This document shows positions 1-13,660 of a stretch of DNA of 64,000 nucleotides, in pieces (within the stretch, counting starts at the first letter, position 1; every line of letters begins with the position of its first letter). Source of the DNA: Octopus vulgaris (taxonomy: Eukaryota); contig OX597816.1 in the NCBI GenBank assembly GCA_951406725.2, positions 147,002,001 to 147,066,000 of the forward strand. The letters run 5' to 3'. The notes beneath the pieces were generated by a model, which was not told the DNA's origin, did no database searches, and worked only from the letters and a program-made list of their open reading frames with translations. The position numbers and the translations under genes are program-made.

Positions 1-451
1 TGAACTAAGTATAAAACATCGATGTAGGAACGTCATTGCTGGAAATTACTAAGATTGACCCTATCAATAATAATAGTCATACGTTCACGCTAAAATTCAT
101 ACTTCTGTATAAGGTTGGTTTTTTTTCTCAATATATTATCCTACGTATTGATTTCAACGGTTAGGTTTCATTTACATTTGGTATTGGCTTCCCATTGGAC
201 ATTTCTTCTTCTTACTTGCCCTATGCTACATATATGAAGCTATGATGGTAGTTTCCATACTTATCTATAGAGGGAATGTCTCCGATACCTCTTCATTTAT
301 ATCTTCAAATAACCGTTGAAGCCGTTAGTTATGGTTCAATATCCGACATGACCCCCATCTCTTTCTCACACGGATAGCAATATGATTCTCCTAGATTCAA
401 TTTTTTCTGCTCTATTCTTTCTTAAGTTCCTTGTATTATGCTTTCTCTCTT

Positions 452-545
452 TCATACACTGAAGATTACGATGATATTTATTCAATTTAATTCAATCATT
501 AATTTATATTATTATATCTTTGTACGAAACGATCGTCTGCAAGAG
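452..545 (+). ncRNA. Degenerate type-I hammerhead ribozyme motif, Penelope-like (PLE) pLTR type, with long AT-rich stem II
   Basis: CTGAAGA at 459-465. GAAAC-GATC-GTC at 526-537 gives a palindromic stem III (ACGATCGT) and a GUC cleavage triplet. Stem II arms ttacgatgatat/atatctttgtac and stem I tcataca/tgcaaga pair imperfectly. Confidence 0.55.
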
Positions 546-619
546 TTAAACTTCTTATAATTAAACTTCTTTTTGGAAACCTCCAATATATAAATATATA
601 AATATATATATATATATAT

Positions 620-808
620 AATTTCAACAATTGAGGGTAAAATTAATTAATTATTAATCAATTTCACCAAGTATTCAGTATGTAAAGGGACCATTTAAGG
701 CGAATTCAAAATATTACATTATATAAAAGGGCTTAGTAAAATAAATTACTTCTAATGAGTTCAGTATGTGGCAAAGTAATTTATTTTACTAAGCCCTTTT
801 ATATAATA
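620..808. repeat. Short element in (TA)n with an inverted repeat of about 31 bp
   Basis: atataaaagggcttagtaaaataaattactt (721-751) is the reverse complement of aagtaatttattttactaagcccttttatat (774-804). The loop holds ctaatgag, a CTGATGAG-like remnant. Confidence 0.75.
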
Positions 809-814
809 TATATG

Positions 815-859
<45 letters not shown>

Positions 860-1029
860 CTATATATGTAAGTATGTATGTATATATGAATGTATATATA
901 TATAATATGTATGTACACATGTATACATGCACACATATATATATATATACATTTGACCTTTCATGATAAAGCCGACAACCAGAAGCACTAGAGAAGAAGG
1001 TGTCATTGCTATTGGTTTGCATCAGGGCT

Positions 1030-1480
1030 TGAGTATGTGCAAACCCTCATGTAAAAATGTGTTTCGAATTTAGCACGCAATTAAATCGCGGGTGTGAAGA
1101 AATGTTCATACGCTAGCACAATTTGTACCTTCTCTTGCGTCAGAGAATTGGTTACAATTTTTTAATTCTTTGCTTCGTTCTTTTGTCATATTTGGTGCCT
1201 TGGCCTTTTCTTGAACCACCGTATTTACTTGGCCAAAGTAGTGATATCACGCTTCACGTATCTCCAGAATATTGCTTAGTGGCTGTGAAAGCGTTCTTGA
1301 ACAACCCCTCCTTAATCTGATGCAGCACTTTATGTTGGCTACATTCTTCAGCTCTCTCCTCCTGACTTCTGAGGTGCATAATTATTTGAATCCTTATGTA
1401 CGTTGAAGTGATAATGTCCGCACATCTAGAAAATTGTTGTATTTCAGATAGATTCCTCCATGGGTCGACATTTGGCATTC
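1030..1480 (-). mobile_element. Decayed Penelope-like element, C-terminal GIY-YIG endonuclease fragment
   Basis: Frameshifted minus-strand translation reads EGLFK/ERFHSH*AIF..KRDITTLAK*IRWFK..GTKYD..RRYKLC..VLNSK. This resembles the PLE EN pattern FK.R...H...F.....T.L.K.IW.LK...C.LC...LN. Confidence 0.6.
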
Positions 1481-1721
1481 ATATATTTATCTATATCGCG
1501 AATGGGAGAATTTGTGGAAGATTAGAATTTGCTCATTCAGACAAGTCTCCACTCCTCCACTCTTCAAATCTTGTTAAAAGAAAAGGCTTATACTTCAGGG
1601 CTGATAGCGACTAGCAATACTGTTGTTTTAGTTTTACGTCAGGACACAACTTCTGATCAAACCTATTGCAATAGATCTTAACCGTTGCCCTAACAGTTCC
1701 GCAGATCGACTGTCCTGGTCG

Positions 1722-1850
1722 GGAAATTATACTTATCGACTTTAAAAGAATGAAACACATTTGTCCTTCTAGATATTTGAACATTGGATGTAGATATTTG
1801 GGAAAAAGTAAACACTGCGACGCATTCTCTAGTACACCGTAACAGTTTTG
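1722..1850 (-). mobile_element. Degraded SINE family A fragment
   Basis: tacttatcgactttaaaagaatgaaa...atttgaac resembles the reverse complement of the family A core and B box (compare 48960-49020). Confidence 0.4.
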
Positions 1851-2159
1851 TTAGGTTGCTAATATATGGCTATTCAACGGGCAAAAGTAAACGTGCAAAC
1901 GAGTGAATGAAATTAAAAGGAATAGAAGCGAGAACAGACATATATATTAAGCGTTTATATTATAATTCCAAAGATATTTTACACATCTCAAAAGATGGAT
2001 TCCTTGATAGCTTGAGAGGAAATAATATGCGTATGTGTGAGTGTGAGTTTGTGTGTGAGTGTGTGAGTGTATGTGTGATTGCGCGTGAGAGAGAGAGAGA
2101 GAGTGTGTGTGTGAGAGAGAGATTGCGAACAAGAGAGAAGGATTGACTGACTGTGAAAG

Positions 2160-2354
<195 letters not shown>

Positions 2355-2399
2355 GTGAAAGAGTGGATAGAAACAAATATAGACATAACTACAACTACT

Positions 2400-3280
2400 T
2401 GAAGAAACATGAAACGAGAAGATAGTATTAAGCGTATATTAATAGTGATGAAAACTGCAAGGAAACATACAGACAACAGAAAGGAAAAGGGAAACGTTCT
2501 AAAGAATTTCGAAATCGCCTAGGAAAAATTGGAATGTTCTCTGAAAGCAATTAGTATTCTGAATGGGAATATGCATAACTCAGAAACGCATATTAGATCT
2601 GCAAAGTGAAGACGCCACATTCATGTATAGAATAATGATAGAAAGCAGAAAGCGGAAAAGTATACCATTTGAAAGAAGCAGTGAATTACCGGCAATGTTT
2701 AGTGGGTGCTGTATAGTATTGAAAGTTAATATATGAGGAATCAGAATGGTACGATTTCTTCACTGAAACTATACAAATGGCAGTAAATTATGGACGCTTT
2801 ACATATTATATAGCTGGGACATACTGACAACAACATGAGATCCAATATATTTGAGAGTGGATTGAATGAGAAATTGTGTCTATGTTTCTTTCCATCATAC
2901 AATAATGACTTTGTAAAGAAGTAAATCTGTGTGAAATTGAACCAGTGAGCATCACGTATATTACGGTGATGTGTAAATATTCAATATTAAGTATGGGCTG
3001 TGCGAAATATAAATTCAGGCAGTAATATATATGAGAGTAGATGAAGTAGTAGAGCACCTCATAGCAATGCGTTATTTGTGATTATGGTTTTAATATATTT
3101 TCTTGTCATGAGCTAGAGGACGGAGAAATGCCCATAACTTGGGTCACTCCTCTGAAATTATTGAAGTTGAGAGGTTATCATACCAGTTAAACGGTTGCGA
3201 CATGATGGCCGCCCAAAATACTTTTCAGCGCAGAAAGGAATGAGCAAACGTTTATGCGAGTCTCGTGAGGAAAAGCAGAA
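2400..3280 (+). mobile_element. Highly decayed RTE-like LINE reverse transcriptase remnant
   Basis: Scattered peptide remnants in RT order: DATFMYRIMIE (like DAIF..RQL.EK), VDEVVEHL and LKLRG. Many stops and frameshifts. Confidence 0.35.
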
Positions 3281-3959
3281 TATTATAGGCGAATGAATTG
3301 AGATTGGACATGACATAAGACCAGCATGTTCCGAGGAATATTAGCCTTTGTTATCAATATCAATGTATAATTATACATACATACATATATGCATGTGTGT
3401 GGGGGGAGGGAGAGAGAGAAACAGAAAGAGATTGTGTGTGCACATGTGTGTATGTGTGTGTGTGTGTACATACGTATGTATGCATACATATGCATACATA
3501 CAGACGGATCGAATTACAAAACATCATAAACCTTCTTAACTCAAAAGGTCTTGCCATTTTATTAGTGACTATTTTGAAGTCTCTTAAAAAGAACTTAAAT
3601 AAGCCATCTCACAGAAGAAAACAACTAAAAGATCCTGGTTCTCTCTTTGTTTTTTCTACTTTTTACTTCATTTCTTTCTGATTTCTTTTCACTTTTCTGT
3701 CTTTCTGTCTTCCTTTCTTTCTCTCCCTCATCTTCACTTTTTTTTCTCTTTTGCTATATACACACATATATAGAAAACAAAAGAAATAGATTTTCTTTAA
3801 AACATAAATCTGAGGAATCTCCATGAATGAGACTATAACGCTAATAAATAATTTTTCAAAATCTGACTACCTCTTTTTCTTAATGTCTAAAATTTGTACA
3901 TCACTTCAAACAATCTATGTCTTTCTTTCTTTCTCTATTTATTTATTTATTTATTTATT

Positions 3960-4055
<96 letters not shown>

Positions 4056-4057
<2 letters not shown>

Positions 4058-4945
4058 CTGCTTTTACTACTGCAATTGAAGAAGTTCTCAGATGGTGCAA
4101 TTGGTTTTTTCTTTCCATCGCGTGCCCTTTACTTTGGTGGCAAGTTCCTGCTTTTCTTCCCTTGCTTCATCCCCTTTCGCACTATTTGTCTCCAGTGTGA
4201 GCGATTATTTGCAACCTGCTTCCATCTCAAGACGTTCAGATCGAGCGATTTCATGTCTGTCTTGCAGACATCCTTGAAACTTAGATGAGACCGTCCTTGT
4301 GATCTTGTGCCGGTGGTCAATTCCACATATAGGGTTTTGGGGGGACATTCCTGTCCGGCATGCGATGTACATGACCGAGCCAGTGCAGACTACGCTACTA
4401 GAGCAGAGAGATTATACTGGGTATCGTGGCGTGGTAGATGACTTTGATGTTGGTGATGCGGTCGGTCCACTTGATATTCAAGATGTCTTTCAATTTACGA
4501 ATGGGAAGACGTTGAGACGAAGTTCGTCCCTGAAGTAGAGTCTCCCCGTCTTACTGCTGTAGCGTACTAAGGACGCACGCTTTATAGACTTATAGACAGC
4601 AATCTTGGTGTTTGCAGCCAGTTTTCTGTTTTCTCAGTCTCTCTTTGTGAGCCTAGCAAATGTGGAAAATACTTTTCCGATTCTGTTGATCTCAGGGTGA
4701 TGGCATAGGGGGGGTGAATTCATGGACTACCACCAGCTCGTAAACGTTCATGGCGATGGTGGTGGGGTGCCTTGCACTGTGACCCATTAGTTTGGCCTTC
4801 TTCAGATTAATACTCAGACTGACACGACTTTGGGTGTTCATCCAAGATGTGCTACATTTACTCCACAAACCGCGTTGTTAGTGCTGCGTCGTCCGCGAAC
4901 ATCACTTCTCTGATAAGTCCCTGGCGCACCCTAGATTTTGCTTTC
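4056..4945 (-). mobile_element. 5'-truncated RTE (BovB-like) LINE fragment covering RT and C-terminus
   Basis: Minus-strand peptides LIREVMFADDAALT (RT catalytic FADD), RSLHWLGHVHRMPDRNVP and GTRSQGRSHLSFKDVCKTDMKSLDL...NRSHWRQIV. These match the typical RTE C-terminus. Confidence 0.88.
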
Positions 4946-4989
4946 GAGTGGACAAAAGAAAGCAAAGGGCATTCAACACATTTAGTAGA

Positions 4990-5242
4990 AGTTACACGTT
5001 TGATTCGGTTTTGTACAACTGCAATTTTCGCAGGCCACTAACAGGAGTCTGCCTCTTTCATGCTTTGGATTGCCGAATAGTAATGTATGGGACGACGAAG
5101 ATGACTGCTGGTAGCCATGTTGGACATCCTGGGCTTTTCTATTGGGCAATCCAAAGCCTGAAAGAGATGAGCTCCTGTTAGGGACTCGCGAAACTTAAGT
5201 CGCTCGGAACAGTAGCAAAATATCTGAACTAAAACGTACATA
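4990..5242. mobile_element. Fold-back / MITE-like element of about 250 bp
   Basis: taacaggagtctgcctctttcatgctttggattgccgaatag (5039-5080) pairs imperfectly with ctattgggcaatccaaagcctgaaagagatgagctcctgtta (5139-5180). Weaker complementarity extends outward to about 4990 and 5242. Confidence 0.7.
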
Positions 5243-5316
5243 CATGCTCGCATTCATACATACATACATACATACATACATAAATGCATACATACATACA
5301 TATATAGACACACGCG

Positions 5317-5369
<53 letters not shown>

Positions 5370-5477
5370 TACATATATATATATACATACATATATGCAT
5401 TACACACACACATATATATATATACACATATATATACATACATACGGTCATACATACATGTATAAATATATGTCGTT

Positions 5478-5572
5478 GAAATTTATAGAAAAACAAAAGA
5501 CGAAGACAAGTGTATGAACAACAAGTAAGTGTATTTGTTTGACGCTCGAGAAAGTGAGAAAGTCTTTTACAT
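5478..5572 (-). mobile_element. Truncated copy of the PLE-derived short element family also seen at 44695 and 60130
   Basis: aaaacaaaagacgaagac...aacaa...gtatt..tttgacgctcg.gaaagtgagaaagtctttta aligns by eye to 44705-44788 and stops just before the hammerhead. Confidence 0.6.
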
Positions 5573-8500
5573 GTAAAATATACAAAGGCTCTCTATGATT
5601 TTTAGGTGTTTAAAAACCAGTGCTTTGTTAACACATCTCCCTCTCGCTAAAGCCCAGCGTGTCGGCGAACAAACAAAACTCATACGTTGAGTATGCATGA
5701 TCGACAAATTTTACATCACTAACACTGCTTTTAATTCAGAGATGGAGAGCTATACATTGTAATTCTAATTCCAGTATTGCAGCATTAGCATATAATGGCT
5801 TTAGTGAAGTAATTGAGGACTACTTCCATGAGCGTACTTCAGATATATATATATATATATATATATATTTGCCAATATAATGTGGCTTTCCCGGTTGGGA
5901 TGAATGCTACTGTTGTTTAGCCACAGGAGACATCGTCCCCAGCTGGCTATACGGCACGCAATCTGTGTCATATTTTCGAACAGCGGAGATTTAGGGCAAT
6001 CATGTTTCTAATTATACACACGCACACTCACACACACATATATTGTGTAGTCATTTGTGTATGTGTGTATGTATGTGTGTTTATTTATAAATGTATATAG
6101 ACATCCACAACCACGCACGCAAGCATACGACAGAAAAGTTTTGCAATAGCATCCACGCTTACGTACGTGTACCTATTTATGATGATATTAAATAATGCAG
6201 CCTCCCCTGCGTCGATTGCTATATTACTGACTGTAACGCAGGGACAAACATTTTAATTGTCCTTATAATAAATATTTATCTTTTCTGTTGAATCTTTTCT
6301 TCGCCACTTGATCTTATGTATATCAAAGATAATTCGTTAGCACAACTGTATTTAGTCAGCCTTTCGTTTTACAAATAACACATCAGTGATACGAATATTT
6401 ACGCTCAATTTTAACACTTAGATGACGATTGATATTTTCATATGTTGAACCTTATTAGAGATCGAAATTATAAATGTCGATATTCTTTAGTTGGAGAAGG
6501 AAGAATAACGCATACAGCATCTCAGTATGTTCTAATTGTAAAGTAGATTACCCGTTATGCAATAGATGTGTGTAGAATCCTCACAATATAAAAAGGTTAA
6601 TGCATTGAAATTAATATGAATTCCTTTTAATATCAAAGCACAACAGTGTCGGTGCATGATCAACAATTCTAATAATAAGGGTGCGCAATATGCATTTTGT
6701 ATACAAGCTTCACACTCAGAGCTTGACACAAACGATTATTAACATTTAAGTTTTCATATTTATTCATTGCATGTATCTTGTGTCTGTTTCGTGATATTCG
6801 TTTCGAAGAAAAGGGACATCACTATTAACACGTGCTGCTTCTGTCCAAGAGATCGTGAGTTGCATTTCGTAAATTTAAGCAATTTAGTTTCTACCCTTAA
6901 TTTATCCTTATTCTTACGTCAACATCATCATCATCATCATTGCTGCTATTACCCTCTTCGAATCGAATATCATGCATTATCTGCACAATGCTTAGCATCT
7001 GTAGTTACACAACATTTAATCGAATTAAATATTGTCTATTCCTACATGAGACACAACTAAGTTGTCGATTAGAAACCATAAAATTTAGGTAGGCATTAAA
7101 ATGTGACTTTTGCAAAATAGATATCCTCTTACAGTTTCGAAATATAATGATCAGGTTTCCAAATGCTTGAATACATGAACATTGAGCTGTTTAATATGCA
7201 ATCTTGTTTACCAGGCGAGTTATTGATATGAAAACGTATAAAAACGTATAAAACGCCATATTTTTCTTCCTGAAATTCTCCTAATGTGTAAAATTCTCAC
7301 ATTTCTCAAGAGAAGAATTACCTCTAAGCTGTTGTAAAGACAACCTAGTATGGTCAATGGGCCTAGACAATTGCTGAACCCAATCAAGAGTGTCATATTG
7401 TTCAAAAGACTGACTTCTCTATCTATGTATACTATACAGCATGAAACGGGAATAAATCCGTTTTGCCTGATTTAATGTTTAAGCACATGGCTCACTACAC
7501 TCGAAGCTCAAGTAGATTAATGGCAATTTGTTAAATAGCCGTACACCATTGAGTAACTTCCAGATGGTGCATTCCCCCTTCCGTAAATCAATAAATCAAA
7601 TCAAGTGACGATATTTCAGTTACTTATCATTATCATTTAATAAGTTTAGGTTACGATGAAACATGAATAGTCTATCAATTGAAATAATAGATGAATGGAC
7701 TATAATTCAAAGGAGTGCTATCACGTTCTTGTTAATACGTCCTTTCCATATGGTCTTCTATTCCTGAATATTGCTATTCTTAAATATATTTTGCTTTTTC
7801 ATACAAAGTTTTAATTTAGTAAAACGTTTAAGTGTATTTCAGATAAATACTATTTAAATTCAGCACAATTTCACATGAATATACCTTACTTTAACAACAT
7901 CAGTGGAAACATTCAAAATAAACGCGCATAATACACAATAGAAAATATATCACAATGGTTTGCATAACCATCTGGAGGTATTCATTTGAGTTTATTGTTA
8001 TAATAATTCGCATGAGAACCACATACGTGTTTTCATGATGGTAAAGTTTGTGTAGTGAATTGATTCCTCGCTGATCTGCGTTATTTTGTCAATGTTAATC
8101 CCTGTTATTGAAACTAAACTGTAAGTCTTGCAAAGAAATGTGAATGCTTAATGCAATTGTCGGGTCGAATCACTGTGATACAATATTATACGGCTAAAAG
8201 CCTTAGAATTACCGCTACAATCCAGAGAGAAAAAATATGAAGCGACCCCTGTAGTGGACCGCTATCTTAATTATCGAACTTGAAAATATGAAGGGCTTAC
8301 TTGATCTGGTCAGCATTTGAGCATAGGTGGAATACAATATCGGCGTTTGAGCACGGGCAGATTCCAATGTCATTATATGAGCATACAATATCATAAGGCC
8401 TTCTATTAGACATTGTGATGATTGCGCCAAATTGCTGATTTATATATATATGAATGCATTAGCAACAGTATTATTTTATTTGATCTCAGTTCAGGTTGTG

Positions 8501-8817
8501 AACTATGAAGGAAACTGATGCACGCCAACTGAAATATAAAACATACTGACATTAATGTATGGGTTTATTGATTTTCATTCGATGAATATATTTAATGAGA
8601 AGTAGGTTTCCACTACGAGAGGTATAAATTTTATTTAGTTCTTAATCAATGTAATTGTGTATGATTTTTACGCCCTTCAGTTATTATCACGTGATCAACA
8701 ACCTTTCAAAACTTAAGGAAATGTTAATTGTAACTAATTTAGCTAAATGCATACGACTCTTGGTATTATTTATATATACATACACACACGTGTGTGCGTA
8801 TAGTGTGTGTGTGTGTA

Positions 8818-8851
<34 letters not shown>

Positions 8852-11104
8852 ATCATGTGACGCAGAGGAATACGTTCCTCTACTCTTCAGCTCACAACTG
8901 TTTTGTGTCATAACGTCTAGCCCCACTTTTCCTATCCTCAACCTCAAATACTTTAGTGGATCTCTTGTTCTTCAACCCATTTCCTTTGCTGCCTACTATG
9001 ATAAGTTTTTAAAATTATGTGGAAATGCAACGTCACTGAGGATTATGGGTGACTAGATACTGTAGTTCCTTTTGTATTCGCTTTCAGAAATGTTTGTAAC
9101 AAAGTCCACATATGCCTTACTTCTTTAATATTAGTTCTCCTTTTAAAACAATGCAAGTTAAATGTGGAGATCTAATTGACATGCATCATAAATAATGGAA
9201 GAGTCGAGAGGTTGGCATAAATTGTTGATGAATATTTAAGCATGTCCACTTCAATTTAAAAGGATGAAATTATAATCTGTATAGATTATATTTTAATGAA
9301 AACAACTCTAATCAATCAGTTTCAAATGTCTTTGAAGTCCTTGGCAGGTAGATACTGTGTTTCTGTGGAAATATACATAACATACTCTTCTTAACTCCCT
9401 ACAGTAAATTTGCTAATCTGCACTCAAGTAAGACATGCTTAGAGTTAAAAAAAAATATGTCTCCTTCTTCCCAGACTAATATCTTTTAAAGAAAACAAAA
9501 GTTGCCATCTGATATTTAGTCCTACCATAAGATGATTAATCTATGTAAATATCTCAAGAAAGATTTTAGCATTACTTTGAGAAAGAAAACTTGAAAACAA
9601 CAATCTCAGCTTCTTGGGAGCTCACACAACAAAAAAGAAAACACAATTATGTTTTTTTATATTTATATGAAACGTTTAAAACTGTTGAATTGAAACCTGA
9701 CCGCATAAACTAATTTAGCGATGGCTTATGCTTTGTACTGATGCTATATATGTCAAGCATTTTTTGTGCATATTAATTATCATGATCTCTGCTAGTTACA
9801 ATGAGAGTCTTTTTTATACACTAAGCGTCCTTTAATTGTATTAATGGTTAATTTATGAATGAATGAGTGAATGAATCAACAACGTAAATCAATATATCCA
9901 TGACTGATACATTCGCTAATCGATTTGATTATACTTGAGGTTACGGCCAGACCATTCCAACGAGACATACTTTTAACATCGATAGGTCAACGTTCAATTG
10001 TACCACTTAAATATGTTCAAATGCTCAAACTAAGAGACTGTTTCTCGTTAATAGAGAATTAACAAGTAGAGAGAAACGTAATGATTAGTTAGATGTACGC
10101 TTAATGAACAGCTTGTTAAATATCCACAGATTCCGTTGAACCCATCATTTCGATTATGTTGTATCCAATTAAACAACATACATGTGTTTGACTAAAAGCG
10201 ATGCTTTATGATATTTTCTATACTTTTACGAAACACGTATACATATCAACCTACGCATATACATTATACATATATATATATGCACACATATATACGTATG
10301 TATGTATATGTATGTATAACTTCTCATTAGAATATCGTAGCCCATTTAATATTGCCATATCCAAAAATAAAGAAGTCAAACAAGTCTAATTAGGCAGGTG
10401 ATAATTTTGGTAAACACAGTTTGGACTATGTTATGGTTTGTGAAATAAATAAGTACATAATTGACATTTGCTTTCAAGTGGACAAATGTCTCTCATGCTG
10501 TACAATATGGTATTGTAGAAGTAAATCTCTTCTTGCAATTCATGTCCAGCGGAATCACATTGTCCCGTTCAAGAATGTAGAATCAAGGCCCAGTAGTTAA
10601 CATGAAGGTATGGGACATACAGTGCACGTTTTTCTTGACAAAATAAACACGTATTCAATTATATTAAACTACACAAAAAATTGTTCAAAGAACCTCTTAA
10701 TGGCAAGTGTGTATATATTAAATTCAAAACCAACTTGCAAGAAAACAACAAAAATTGCAAATCTGATGAATTTCTACAGAGACATGCATCTTATGTGGTG
10801 GGGCTAATAGTTCAATATTTACAGTTATTAGGCTGAACACCATAGAAAGGTTTTAACAGAGAAAAGAAGGAATAATTCTTATTCAGGAAGAATATTTTCA
10901 CCGTTTCCTATTTAATTCACACAGTCGTCTTTGCTTGTACACATAGGTACAAATATACATATACATATCTTTATGTGAATATGCATATCTTTATGTGTGT
11001 GTGTGAGAGAGAGAGAGAAAGATTATGTGCGTGCGCGCGCGTAGGTGTTCGTTTATAAATATTTACATATGTGTATACGTTGATATATATATATATACAG
11101 TTCT

Positions 11105-11488
<384 letters not shown>

Positions 11489-11489
<1 letters not shown>

Positions 11490-11720
11490 TGATAAAAAAA
11501 TATTCAGACAAATACATAACAAAAACACCAGGACTTACAAACACATATAACATACAGAAAATTGCACTACTGGGCACTGCACACATCCTACGCAGAACAC
11601 TTTCCATACAATAACCATCAGAGCATCACAACAAATCACAGCACAAACCCAAGGCACACAGAGCTGTGCTCGGTAGTGAAGTGAAAGCACGCTATAAAAA
11701 TAAAAATAAAACTACTGAAT
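11489..11720 (+). mobile_element. R4/Dong-type RLE LINE 3' end (family Dong-A)
   Basis: KYSDKYITKTPGLTNTYNIQKIALLGTAHILRRTLSIQ* followed by a 3'UTR ending in (TAA)n. A highly similar copy lies on the minus strand at 21016-21400. Confidence 0.85.
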
Positions 11721-11730
11721 AATAATAATA

Positions 11731-12761
11731 ATAAATATCTTGAAATAACGAATAAATATCTTGAAATAACAAATGACTGGATGCTAAAGCTCGTGGAAAA
11801 TCACGAGAGGCGAAAGAAGCTTCATTCTATCATAAAGGAAAGCAAAAAAATTGCTATTGATCTCGTGCAGGATACCCAAACTGAACAACCCGAGGGAAGT
11901 ACGGCAACTATTGTTGCAAAGAAGGTGAAAATAATGGCAACGAAAAAAAGCGCACGAGCAATTGGCTGATAGGTGTGAGGAGAAACCTCTGCACGGCAAA
12001 TATGTGGCCCGTAGCAAACAAGCTGATGTTGACCAGAAGCAAACCCATCAGTGGCTACGGAGCTCAGGGCTAAAAGCAGAGAGCGAAGGTTTCATCCTGG
12101 CTGCTCAAGATCAAAGCCTATTAACCCGGAACTACCAGGCCAATGTGATGAAAAATGGAGCAGACCCAAAATGCCGATTCTGCAACGACATGACATGATT
12201 GAAACAGTGGACCACCTAATCTCTGGATGTAAAGTCTTAGCACCAGTGGAGTATAAATTAAGACATGACAGAGTTGGCCAATATCTACACTCGCTAATAA
12301 GTCGGCATTACAATATCAAAACTGCCGACAAGTGGTATAATCACCACCCTGAAGCTGTAACTGAAAGAGAAAATGTAACGATTCTGTGGGACTTTCCAGT
12401 ACATACAGAAAATGTGGCATCTCAAGGCGGTTACAATACCAGTGATCGTAGGAGCACTAGGAATGATCAAGAAGGGAACCGAAAATTATATGAGAATGAT
12501 CCCTGGCTTACCATCCCTGCAAGAAGTGCAAAAGATTGTCTTAACTGGTACATCACACGTATTTAGAAGACCATTGTCGATGTGAGAACTATTACTACCC
12601 ATGTATTTTAATTTAACTTAAAAAAAATTTTTTTTTAATGAACGAACTAGTGAGTTTAGTTTAATGGCCTACCAATGTATACTATGAGTTTCTTTGCCCT
12701 AGGGGTCGGGAAGACACTCGGCAAGAAATGGAAGCAAATTTGAAAGAAGAGGAAAACAAAG

Positions 12762-12762
<1 letters not shown>
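11731..12762 (+). mobile_element. R4/Dong-type RLE LINE 3' fragment (family Dong-B), internally deleted
   Basis: LHGKY...WLRSSGLKAESEGFILAAQDQSLLTRNY..CRFC..ETVDHLISGC (CCHC knuckle)..RHDRV..WYNHHPEAV..ILWDFPVHT, then KMWHL..IPVIVGALG..QKIVLTGTSHVFRR. Followed by (TAA)n. Confidence 0.9.
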
Positions 12763-12837
<75 letters not shown>

Positions 12838-12838
<1 letters not shown>

Positions 12839-13062
12839 TTGACATAGAAAGGCTATATATACAACGTATAGAAGGTGGTAGAGGCCTTATACAGCTGGAA
12901 AACTATTATAAAATAACCACAATAGGAATGAAAAAAAAATTACTTCGGAAGTAAGGAAAACTGATACAAAGAGCGGCAAAACACGAACAAAACAAAAAAC
13001 TGTTCTCAGTATTTAAGAAAGCTGACAAATACAAACACGAAATCATACCACCTAACAAATAT
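12838..13062 (+). mobile_element. R4/Dong-type LINE internal fragment (post-RT thumb region)
   Basis: DIERLYIQRIEGGRGLIQLE, the RLY..R..GGRGL motif. Preceded by (TAA)n and runs into (GAA)n. Confidence 0.8.
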
Positions 13063-13208
13063 GAAGAAGAAGAAGAAGAAGAAGAAGAAGAAGAAGAAGA
13101 AGAAGAAGAAGAAGAAGAAGAAGAAGAAGAAGAAGAAGAAGAAGAAGAAGAAGAAGAAGAAGAAGAAGAAGAAGAAGAAGAAGAAGAAGAAGAATTAAGA
13201 AGAAGAAG
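13063..13208. repeat. (GAA)n microsatellite
   Basis: Visible directly in the sequence. Confidence 0.95.
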
Positions 13209-13210
13209 CA

Positions 13211-13485
13211 GTTTCGAACCTGGATTTCTCATTCCTAAGGCATTTTTCGATGTTCTTGTTGTTTTTATTCAAGTCAATGCCTGGAATCGAGCTCGAATCT
13301 TGGGGTTAAAAGAGCGGGCTACTAACCCCACGTTCGATTCTATGCAGTGACCTGAATAACAACAACAGCAGCAGCAACAACAACAACAACAACAATAATA
13401 ATAATAACAACAACAATATCAACCGAAACGTTGTGTCAACAACACACAGCATGAGGACAAATATCCCTCAAATGTAAATAATGTT

Positions 13486-13490
<5 letters not shown>
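13211..13490. mobile_element. Right part of the PLE-derived element begun at 11105, with internal hairpin and inverted hammerhead 3' half
   Basis: 13212-13240 repeats 11295-11322. ttattcaagtcaatgcctggaatcga pairs with tcgattctatgcagtgacctgaataa. ccgaaacgttgtgtcaacaac (about 13423-13443) is an inverted copy of 11233-11254. Confidence 0.65.
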
Positions 13491-13530
<40 letters not shown>

Positions 13531-13660
13531 GGAGATTGAGAGTGAGAGAGAGAGTGAGAGAGAGAGAGAGGGAGAGAGAGAGAGAGATAAGTAGGTAGGT
13601 AGGTAGGTAGATAGATAGATATTATTAGTGATTAAAATGAGAGGAAGCAATGGGGTTTAA

